Made by a program: the position numbers and the translations under genes. From the NCBI GenBank assembly GCA_964435795.1, contig CAYTAT010000030.1, positions 876 through 64,875 of the forward strand: a stretch of 64,000 nucleotides of DNA, written 5' to 3'. Under the pieces are notes generated by a model that searched no databases, was not told the DNA's origin, and saw only the letters and a program-made list of their open reading frames with translations. Positions 56,569-64,000 of the stretch are shown here, one piece after another (the stretch's first letter is position 1; the number at the start of each line of letters is the position of its first letter). Origin of the DNA: an uncultured Spirochaetaceae bacterium (GTDB taxonomy: Bacteria; Myxococcota_A; UBA9160; UBA4427).

Positions 56569-57762
56569 ATGATGGAATTTGATCCCTACGATCCGAAATT
56601 GCACGTCGATCCCTATCCCGTCTATCAGGAGCTTCGAGACGAGCATCCCGCCTACTACAACAGCAAGATGGACTTCTGGGTTCTTTCCCGTTACGCGGAT
56701 GTAGACGCAGCCCTCAAGAATCCCGATCTATTTATTTCTTCCGAGGGAGTTACGGTGGGCCTTGCAAATGAGGCCATTCCCAATCGGGAGGTGCCGCTTC
56801 TCATCATGATGGACGGAATCGAGCATACGCGCCTTCGATCCCTTGTCAGCGGCGCATTTGCCCCGCGGCGGGTACGTGCTCTCGAGCAATCGATTCGGCG
56901 GGTTGCGACTCTTCTCCTCGAGGATCTCGAAAGCCAACCCGATCCCGACCTCGTCTATCATTTTTCCAATCCCCTGCCGACGATTGTCATCGCTGAACTC
57001 CTGGGAGTTCCAGGCGAAGATCGGGAACAATTCAAGGAATGGTCCAACGCCATCACCCAATTCGATCCGGCCAGGCCAGGGGGCGTCCACCCTGGGGCGG
57101 CCATGGGGCCAGCGGCCGAATTGGCGGGCTATTTGAATGCAGTGATCGAGGAGCGGAAAAGGAAGCCGGGCGATGATCTCCTCAGTCATCTTCTGGCGAC
57201 TGAGATCGATGGACGTTCACTCACTCGGGCCGAGCTTCTGGGCTTCGGTTTTCTTCTTCTCGTTGCGGGGCATGAGACGACAACGAATTTGATCAGCAAT
57301 TCCATCGTTCTTCTGGATCGCCACCGGGACCAGCGGAAGATGCTCATCGAAGATGAGACCCTCCTGCCCGCGGCGATTGAAGAATTCCTGCGATTCGATG
57401 CACCGGTGCAGGGTCTTGGGCGTACGACCACGGCCGATGTGGAGTTGCACGGAAGGGTGCTTCCGAAGGGCGCCAAGGTTCTGCTTCTCTTCGCCTCTGC
57501 GAATCGAGATGAGCGCTCTTTCGCCGAGCCAGGGAAATTTGATATTACGCGCTCCCCCAATCCCCACCTCGGCTTTGGCTTTGGTAAGCACTTCTGCCTG
57601 GGATCGGGTCTGGCTCGCCTGGAGGCAAAGGTGGCCTTCTCTGAACTGTTGGCAAAATTTCCCGACTACGGGCTGAAGAATCCAGAGGTCGAGCGTATTC
57701 GCTCAGGCCCGATTCGAGGCGCCGTCTGTCTTCCGGCTGAGTTGGAGAGTCGGCCCGGCTGA
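56569..57762 (+). CDS. Cytochrome P450
   Basis: DPYPVYQELR, VAGHETT, EEFLRFDAP and FGFGKHFCLG motifs. Confidence 0.93.
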   Translation: MMEFDPYDPKLHVDPYPVYQELRDEHPAYYNSKMDFWVLSRYADVDAALKNPDLFISSEGVTVGLANEAIPNREVPLLIMMDGIEHTRLRSLVSGAFAPRRVRALEQSIRRVATLLLEDLESQPDPDLVYHFSNPLPTIVIAELLGVPGEDREQFKEWSNAITQFDPARPGGVHPGAAMGPAAELAGYLNAVIEERKRKPGDDLLSHLLATEIDGRSLTRAELLGFGFLLLVAGHETTTNLISNSIVLLDRHRDQRKMLIEDETLLPAAIEEFLRFDAPVQGLGRTTTADVELHGRVLPKGAKVLLLFASANRDERSFAEPGKFDITRSPNPHLGFGFGKHFCLGSGLARLEAKVAFSELLAKFPDYGLKNPEVERIRSGPIRGAVCLPAELESRPG

Positions 57763-57825
57763 GGTTGGAGAGTTGATTGCGGGGATCGGGAAGTCTTACA
57801 CGTTCCTTCGGAGAGGAAGGGGGGA

Positions 57826-58386
57826 TCAGCTTCGATCGAGACGCTTCGTGAATTCTTCACGCCATTCCGGGAAGGGCCGGAACTCGGCGTCGGATTCGAT
57901 GCAGCGGCGAGTTTCCTCGACGATTTCTTCATCGCTCTGATCGAGGTTGAAGCCTTCGGCATGGGGTTGGGCCACATGGAAGGGGGTGTCGACGAAGCAT
58001 TCGATGCCGTTCCCTTCGGGATCCTGGAAGTAGAGAGACCAGGCATTGCCATGGCTGATGGGCATGATGTTCTCTATCCCGGCTGCGATCAAGTTGGCGC
58101 GCAGCATCCTCAGATCGTCGAGACTTCCGGTTTGGAAGGCCAGATGATCGACCATGACGAAGTCCGAGTCGGGTACCCCGATGCCTTTGACCATCGCGAT
58201 TTGATGGTGGAATGAGGGATCCTGGGAGAGGAAGGCGATTTCAGCACCATCGTTTCCAGCGGGTCCACGGTTGGTGATCTCGAAGCCCAGCACATCGCTA
58301 TAGAAGGCCAGAAGCCCGTCCAGGTCGCGGGCTGCCAGCGTGCTATGCCCCAGGACAAGTTTTGGCTTATAGGATTGGCTGGCCAT
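57826..58386 (-). CDS. VOC/glyoxalase family protein (CatE-like)
   Basis: LGHSTL, FYSDVLGF, HHQIAM, DHLAF and HGNAWSLYFQDPEGNGIE motifs. Confidence 0.88.
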   Translation of the reverse strand: MASQSYKPKLVLGHSTLAARDLDGLLAFYSDVLGFEITNRGPAGNDGAEIAFLSQDPSFHHQIAMVKGIGVPDSDFVMVDHLAFQTGSLDDLRMLRANLIAAGIENIMPISHGNAWSLYFQDPEGNGIECFVDTPFHVAQPHAEGFNLDQSDEEIVEETRRCIESDAEFRPFPEWREEFTKRLDRS

Positions 58387-58430
58387 GATTCTCCTTCGCT
58401 TGAAAGTCGTGCCCCCGTCGCGGGCTGAGT

Positions 58431-59612
58431 CTAGACCAGGGGGTCCACGGTCGGAAGTCCCAGCATCGCGCGCGCATAGCTTTCCCCGGCCGCATCCCAG
58501 TCTGCGACCACATGGGAGGCCAGTACCTGGACATCCCGAAGTGATCGCTGCATCGGATCATCGAGGAAAATCGCGTGGCCACCGGCCGCGGGGCTGAGGC
58601 GGGCGATGGCTTCGGAACAGGTCTGGATACACCAGGCGGCGTCACGACGATAGCGGCCCCGTTGCTCGAGCGAGGCCCGTCTTCCGGCCCCGGCGTCGGC
58701 CATCATCTCCGACAGATCCCGCATGACGATCAATTCGGCGGCATCTACATCGGCACAGGATTTGGCGTAGCGCAACTGAGCCCCGACCTGCTGCTCGGAA
58801 TTCTTGCCAGTGGCCTCGCGCAGTTTTCCGCTCAGGCGTTGCTTGAAGTGATCGAGGGCACCCAGGGCGATTCCCAGGCCGACGCCCACGAGGCCGAGGG
58901 TGGCGATCGATGCCCCCGGCACGTCATTCGCGAGGTTTCCTCGAGCCGTCGTATCCCGATCCCCCGTGACCGCGAAATCGAGGATGGTCTTCATGACGAA
59001 ATCCGGATGGACCTCTATTTCGTCAACGAGAATGCGTTTACTCCCCGTCCCCACCAACCCCGAGACATGCCAATTATCCTCGATTTCGAAGTCCTGACGT
59101 CGTACGAGAAAGCTCCCCATACCGGCGGGCTCGGCGCCCGGTTCTTCAATGATGAAGGCCGCGAGAACTGCGAAGTCCGCATGGTCGCAGGTGCTCGCGA
59201 AATCCCATGCCCCCGAAAGCCGATAGCCACCTTCTGTTTTCACCGCCGTCCCACCGGGCCGGAATACGCCGCAGACGACGGCGTCGGGCCCATTCTCGTA
59301 GACCTTCTTCACGGCGGCTTCCGAAAAACCCGACACCACATGGTGATGCAGCGTGCAGATGGCGAGGCACCAGGCACTGTTGCCGCAGGCCCGCCCGATC
59401 TCTCGTGACGTCTCGATGACGGTCTGCAACTCGAGCCCGTAGCCGCCGTGCGCGGGAGATACGAAGGCCCGCAGCAGGCCCTCGCGTTTGAAATCGGCGA
59501 TGGTTTGATCCGGCAGTCGCCGCAATTCTTCGCATTCTCGGGCGCGCTCCGCGAGGACGGGCGCGAGTTTTCGGGCTCTTTCGGTCAGTTCCCATCGGGT
59601 GACTGGACTCAT
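58431..59612 (-). CDS. Flavin-dependent monooxygenase, oxygenase subunit (HsaA-like, acyl-CoA dehydrogenase fold)
   Basis: ECEELRRLP, CGNSAWC, YRLSGAWDFASTCDHA, DNWHVSGLVGTGS, MQRSLRDV. Confidence 0.88.
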   Translation of the reverse strand: MSPVTRWELTERARKLAPVLAERARECEELRRLPDQTIADFKREGLLRAFVSPAHGGYGLELQTVIETSREIGRACGNSAWCLAICTLHHHVVSGFSEAAVKKVYENGPDAVVCGVFRPGGTAVKTEGGYRLSGAWDFASTCDHADFAVLAAFIIEEPGAEPAGMGSFLVRRQDFEIEDNWHVSGLVGTGSKRILVDEIEVHPDFVMKTILDFAVTGDRDTTARGNLANDVPGASIATLGLVGVGLGIALGALDHFKQRLSGKLREATGKNSEQQVGAQLRYAKSCADVDAAELIVMRDLSEMMADAGAGRRASLEQRGRYRRDAAWCIQTCSEAIARLSPAAGGHAIFLDDPMQRSLRDVQVLASHVVADWDAAGESYARAMLGLPTVDPLV

Positions 59613-59890
59613 ATTCAACCTCTTCAGGCAAGGATCAACCCGCGGCGCGGAGAGTTCTTCCTGGCCGGCATGGATTGTTCTTTCCATTCGAAAGAGTATA
59701 AATCGATATAGAACTATGCGGATATTGCGAATTTGATGCTACTGTCGCCCAAAGATTGGTCCCCGTCAAGTTCTGCTGACCTGTTCCGACGACGAGACCC
59801 GGGGGCTGGGAGAAGCAGAAGTTGAGACCGCAGAGCGAGAAGAAGCCGGAAAGAGGCGTCGAAAAGCTTCCCAGTGACTCGGCTGGGGAG

Positions 59891-60490
59891 ATGGGAAAGG
59901 CGCAGCCCCGCACGATCGCCAAGCGTCGCTACATCATCGAGGTGGCCGCCGAGTTGTTCACCGAGCGCGGTTTTGAGAAAACCAGCATCAAGGCCGTGGC
60001 CGAAGCGGCCCAGGTCTCGACCTCCACCATCTATAGCTACTTCGAGAATAAATCAGATCTCTTTGATCAGACGATGTACACGATCATCGACGAGGTGCTG
60101 CAGAAGGCTCAGGAGGAGGCGGCGCGGCATTCCGATCCCTTTGAGAGCGTGGCTGCGGTCATGAGGTTGGTGAATGGCAGCCTGTCGAGCAATTTACTGC
60201 TGAGACGGATCTATACCTTTCAGCGCCACTCCACTGGCCACCGAATTCGCGTATACGCCGATCAATTTGCTGACCGAATGGATGACCTATGCCGCGAGGC
60301 TCTGGTGGGCGTCTTCGTCGACGGGCCTTCCCAATGCGATGATCCAGAGGCTCTCAATGCGGTGATGCGCTTCGCGATACAGGGCTGGCTCATGAGTGCA
60401 AGTTTTGGGAAGCCAACTGTCTCCGAAGAGCGGCTTACCGAAGCCTTCCTTTCCCTTCTGCAGGCTGCGGCGCAGGGGAAAGCATCTTGA
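59891..60490 (+). CDS. TetR/AcrR family regulator
   Basis: IIEVAAELFTERGFEKTSIKAVAEAAQVSTSTIYSYFENKSDLF; divergent from the monooxygenase. Confidence 0.9.
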   Translation: MGKAQPRTIAKRRYIIEVAAELFTERGFEKTSIKAVAEAAQVSTSTIYSYFENKSDLFDQTMYTIIDEVLQKAQEEAARHSDPFESVAAVMRLVNGSLSSNLLLRRIYTFQRHSTGHRIRVYADQFADRMDDLCREALVGVFVDGPSQCDDPEALNAVMRFAIQGWLMSASFGKPTVSEERLTEAFLSLLQAAAQGKAS

Positions 60491-60601
60491 TGAGAGGGCA
60501 GGGGAGCTGAAACGGATTGCTTCGGCGTAGAGATGCGGACCTGTCGTGCGGGGATCGGACTCGTAGCGGGCAGTGGCCGAAATAATTGCATCCGGATCGA
60601 A

Positions 60602-62647
60602 TCAGGACCTTCTTTCCTCGCCGGGCCGTTTCTGCTCATCCGGTGTGTACCAGATTGGAGAGGTCCATGCGCGTTCCTGCTGCACTTGCTGCATGATGTT
60701 GTGGGCACAGCCGCTCGGTCGTTCTTCGGGCGGCAGGCTCGCACAGTCCAGAGCCGAGTAACGGCAGCTCGGAACTTCCAGGACCCGCGCGTAGTAGACG
60801 GCGCGTCGATTGGGATCGAATTCGGGATCCCGCCAGACGCTGCAAAGCTGACGGGCGCCATGACCATGCTGCTCGCACGTATTCGGGTCGACCGAGGCGT
60901 CGTGGTCTCCGCCGACGACATCGAAAACTCTCTGATGCAGCCCTCCCTCATCGTCCACCCAGCCTTTGATGATCTGGATCCTGTCCAGGTCGGCACCGGG
61001 AGCTGTGGCAATGCCTGGATCCGCCAACGCGAAGGCAGCGAAAACCGGTACGCCGGAAGCCGGAGGCGGGGGCAGGTCCCCTCCCATTGGGATGCCTCCG
61101 CGATCCGCCTCTGCGACCCGCTCCGGGGAAGCGCAGAGTTCTTCGGGATAGCCCCAGCCCCCGAAGAAGCGCGGTTGGATGCGCGGGCCGCTGGTTCCAA
61201 AAACTTCCCTCTTCCGGATAGCCAGAAAAATGGCCTCCCGTGAATTCTCCGGGGCCCACACGCCCACGAGCCCACCCGGGTTGCTGGAAAGATTTCCCAT
61301 CCCCCCACTTTCCTCGATCAGTCGCGAGGCGAGTTCCGCGTCCGCGACTCCCAAATGCCCGGGCCAATCGCGTTCAGTCACTCCGCCTGCCATGCCGTTA
61401 TGCGTGTCGGTACTGGCCATCAATCCGAGCTTGAAGGGGTTGATGCCCAGCCTCTTCTCCTCGGCCAGCCCCTCGGTCAGCACATAACGCAGGTAGTTGC
61501 GGTGGTTGATGCACGCGCCCGGACCCAATTTCGGGATGGAGTCGGCCATGAAATCCCAACATATGCTGGGCTCTTCGGCGCGCCCGTCGGCATCCAGGTG
61601 CCGAAAGTTTTCGAATTTTTCGAACGCACAGAACTCGTCTGCCTCGCCCAGAATCCCGGCCATCTGGATGCGGCACTCGGAATCGCCTTTATGCTGCATG
61701 ATTTCCGCTACGGGCTCCATTCGGGCGCGCAATCTGGCCCTTTGGATCTCTTCTTCAAGCGTAGCGGTACTCGGATAATCGATGGAGAACATCCGGCCAT
61801 TGCTGATATTCGAATTATGGGGGATGGATAGGGCGTCGCAGCCCCTTCCCGAGTGGATACACGCCGCTTCCAGCAACCGCCAGAGTTCCCACTCTCGCTG
61901 GACCTCCATATAGCTGATGGGTCTCGATAGAGTGACATGATTTCGGAAGATCACGTTACGATGCAGGTTGGATCCCAGGCGAAGTGAACTGTATTCGAAA
62001 GCGATGAAGGTCGTGCGTTCACACGCATCGCTCTCGTCGTTCCATTCTTCAGCAGCATCGATGATTTCATTCCAGGCCGAGAGGCTGGCTCGTTCGCATC
62101 GCAGACCATTTTCTCCGCAGACATCTTCATCATGAGATGGCCATGGCCATGCGATCTTGAATGTGAGCGGACTATCAAGAGGTGTTTTCGCCGCCCGAAT
62201 TCGCGCACATGTCTCTGATTCGAAAGCTGGTGAGTCGCGATCCTCGCATAGAATTCGCTCCCCGAGGAATTCGGCATGATCGGTGACTGCAGCGAAATCG
62301 AGGGGGCGGTCGATTTGAGCGATACGCTTTCCCCGGCCCTTTTCATCGTTTGGCGGCAGTCGAATGGGACGACCAAAAGCGTAAGCATAGGCTTCTCGGG
62401 GCCCGATCCGAACATCGTAGTTCCAGGCATCGCTCGATAGTCCCGTATGTACATGGAGGTCTCCGAAATACGCATTGCGAAGAGCCTCTCGGATGCGGCA
62501 GCTCTCTGCCGACGCCTTTCTGCCCGTCCGGGAGAGTTCTTCCGCCTCAGGCTGGAAGGCTTCGGGTCGAATGTGATTGCGATCGCAAGCAATCAGGGAA
62601 ATGACTGCAAGAGTCGAGAGGAGGGCCAGTTTTCCCGCTTTTATCAT
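60602..62647 (-). CDS. DUF3604-domain lipoprotein (PHP-like metallo-hydrolase fold)
   Basis: Lipobox LIAC; YFGDLHVHT, AVTDHAE, HRNVIFR, IPHNSN, STDTHN, QERAWTSPIWY. Confidence 0.88.
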   Translation of the reverse strand: MIKAGKLALLSTLAVISLIACDRNHIRPEAFQPEAEELSRTGRKASAESCRIREALRNAYFGDLHVHTGLSSDAWNYDVRIGPREAYAYAFGRPIRLPPNDEKGRGKRIAQIDRPLDFAAVTDHAEFLGERILCEDRDSPAFESETCARIRAAKTPLDSPLTFKIAWPWPSHDEDVCGENGLRCERASLSAWNEIIDAAEEWNDESDACERTTFIAFEYSSLRLGSNLHRNVIFRNHVTLSRPISYMEVQREWELWRLLEAACIHSGRGCDALSIPHNSNISNGRMFSIDYPSTATLEEEIQRARLRARMEPVAEIMQHKGDSECRIQMAGILGEADEFCAFEKFENFRHLDADGRAEEPSICWDFMADSIPKLGPGACINHRNYLRYVLTEGLAEEKRLGINPFKLGLMASTDTHNGMAGGVTERDWPGHLGVADAELASRLIEESGGMGNLSSNPGGLVGVWAPENSREAIFLAIRKREVFGTSGPRIQPRFFGGWGYPEELCASPERVAEADRGGIPMGGDLPPPPASGVPVFAAFALADPGIATAPGADLDRIQIIKGWVDDEGGLHQRVFDVVGGDHDASVDPNTCEQHGHGARQLCSVWRDPEFDPNRRAVYYARVLEVPSCRYSALDCASLPPEERPSGCAHNIMQQVQQERAWTSPIWYTPDEQKRPGEERRS

Positions 62648-62940
62648 GCATATCCGCCTGATGGCAACACCTGAGCCTGAACGATCCACCCGGTTGATTC
62701 CAAAATGGAGGAGGTTATCAGCCGCTGGCTTAGGCTCGCGCTAGCATAGCCTGGAATCATGTCCCATCCATGTTCCGGCTTTCCGATTTGCATTCCCGGA
62801 GTTGAACCGGCCTATTCGCAGGCCTTCGATTCTCTTGAGCGATTGAAGACTTCGGCCATACATCTTCTGGGCGCTGGAGAGGGGGCCCAGAGTAGGCCGA
62901 TGTTGCCGGCGAGACATTACTTCTCTATGGACCCATCAAT

Positions 62941-63933
62941 ATGCGTGCAATGATTCTGAATTCAAATAGCGGGATGCTCGAGGAGGTCGCGCGTCCGGAG
63001 CCCAGCACAATAGCAGGATCCGTTCTGATCCGGGTACTGGCCTGCGGGGTGTGCCGCACGGATCTCCATATCCTTGATGGAGACCTTCCGGCGTGCAGGC
63101 CAGAAGTGATTCCGGGTCACCAGGTCGTCGGCGAGGTGATCGAGATGGGGGAGGGTGTCGAAGGGCTCCGTCTGGGAGACCGAGTCGGAGTCCCCTGGCT
63201 CGGGCATACCTGCCAGAGTTGCAGCTACTGCTCCAATGGGATGGAGAATCTCTGCGATCGAGCCCGTTTCACTGGCTATCACCTGAACGGCGGATTTGCA
63301 GAAGTCTGCCTGGCGGATGCTCGTTATTGCTTTCGTATTCCCGAGCGCTATCCCAGCGAGCACGCGGCACCTCTTCTTTGTGCCGGCTTCATCGGATACC
63401 GTGCACTGCGCATGGCGGGCGACGCTGAAGATCTCGGTCTTTTCGGCTTTGGAGCCTCCGCCCATATCCTGGCCCAGGTCGCGGTCTTCGAGGGGCGTCG
63501 TGTCTCGGCTTTCACGCGTGATGGAGATGATGCGACTCAGGACTTCGCACGATCTCTGGGGGCGGTATGGGCCGGGGGAGCTTCCGAAACTCCGCCGGGG
63601 CCGCTCGACGCGGCCATCATCTTCGCTCCTGTGGGACTGCTTGTTCCAACAGCCCTTCGCAATATTCGCAAAGGGGGCATCGTGGTCTGTGCCGGAATTC
63701 ACATGAGTGACATTCCTTCTTTTCCCTACTCGCTTTTGTGGGGAGAACGTCAGATACGATCCGTGGCGAATCTTACGCGGCGCGACGGAGAGGAATTTCT
63801 GATGCTTGCTCCGAGGGTACCGGTCGAGACAAATGTGCGGACCTACGGCCTTTCCCAGGCCAATCACGCGTTGGAAGATCTCCGCGGTGGCCACTTCAGC
63901 GGTGCAGCTGTGATCGTGCCTTCCCGGAGTTGA
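62941..63933 (+). CDS. Zinc-dependent alcohol dehydrogenase family protein
   Basis: CGVCRTDLH, PGHQVVG, CQSCSYC...C, PLLCAGFIGYR, GFGASAH. Confidence 0.93.
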   Translation: MRAMILNSNSGMLEEVARPEPSTIAGSVLIRVLACGVCRTDLHILDGDLPACRPEVIPGHQVVGEVIEMGEGVEGLRLGDRVGVPWLGHTCQSCSYCSNGMENLCDRARFTGYHLNGGFAEVCLADARYCFRIPERYPSEHAAPLLCAGFIGYRALRMAGDAEDLGLFGFGASAHILAQVAVFEGRRVSAFTRDGDDATQDFARSLGAVWAGGASETPPGPLDAAIIFAPVGLLVPTALRNIRKGGIVVCAGIHMSDIPSFPYSLLWGERQIRSVANLTRRDGEEFLMLAPRVPVETNVRTYGLSQANHALEDLRGGHFSGAAVIVPSRS

Positions 63934-64000
63934 CGGAGTTTCCTCTCGCGGTAGAGGGTTCTCCTCATCCCGCAGCTCGATCGGAATCGCTCACTCATAT

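Noticed and set aside
59696-59710. TATAAATCGATATA as the operator of the second TetR
   Set aside because: Short, imperfect AT-rich palindrome; not distinguishable from promoter background.

Overview
GC-rich bacterial window with about 46 CDSs, almost all metabolic, envelope or signalling genes. No rRNA, tRNA, CRISPR array, integrase or transposase was recognised. Gene content (PEP-CTERM, DUF3604, TIGR03617-type LLM, two P450s, sigma54 two-component system, W-AOR) would fit a Myxococcota/deltaproteobacterial lineage; this is inference only. Most of the window is acyl-CoA, aldehyde, carnitine and alicyclic/aromatic catabolism plus an RND pump. Two loci stand out. (1) 32.6-44.6 kb: ECF sigma, a membrane anti-sigma with two zinc fingers fused to a DUF928-like domain, an exported TPR-CHAT caspase-like protease, two secreted surface proteins and a filamentous-haemagglutinin-domain protein. 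This is a candidate protease-triggered trans-envelope signalling system. One of its surface proteins looks like a polyprotein, with an internal PEP-CTERM signal followed directly by a second signal peptide. (2) 12.9-16.8 kb: a sigma54 promoter with an enhancer-like array drives a catalytically dead MBL-fold protein with tandem LexA-like winged helices, an atypical histidine kinase and an NtrC-type activator. Several decayed or pseudo-enzyme genes are also present (REC remnant, dead amidohydrolase, internally deleted BadH-like SDR). All family calls come from motif recognition by eye; no searches were run.
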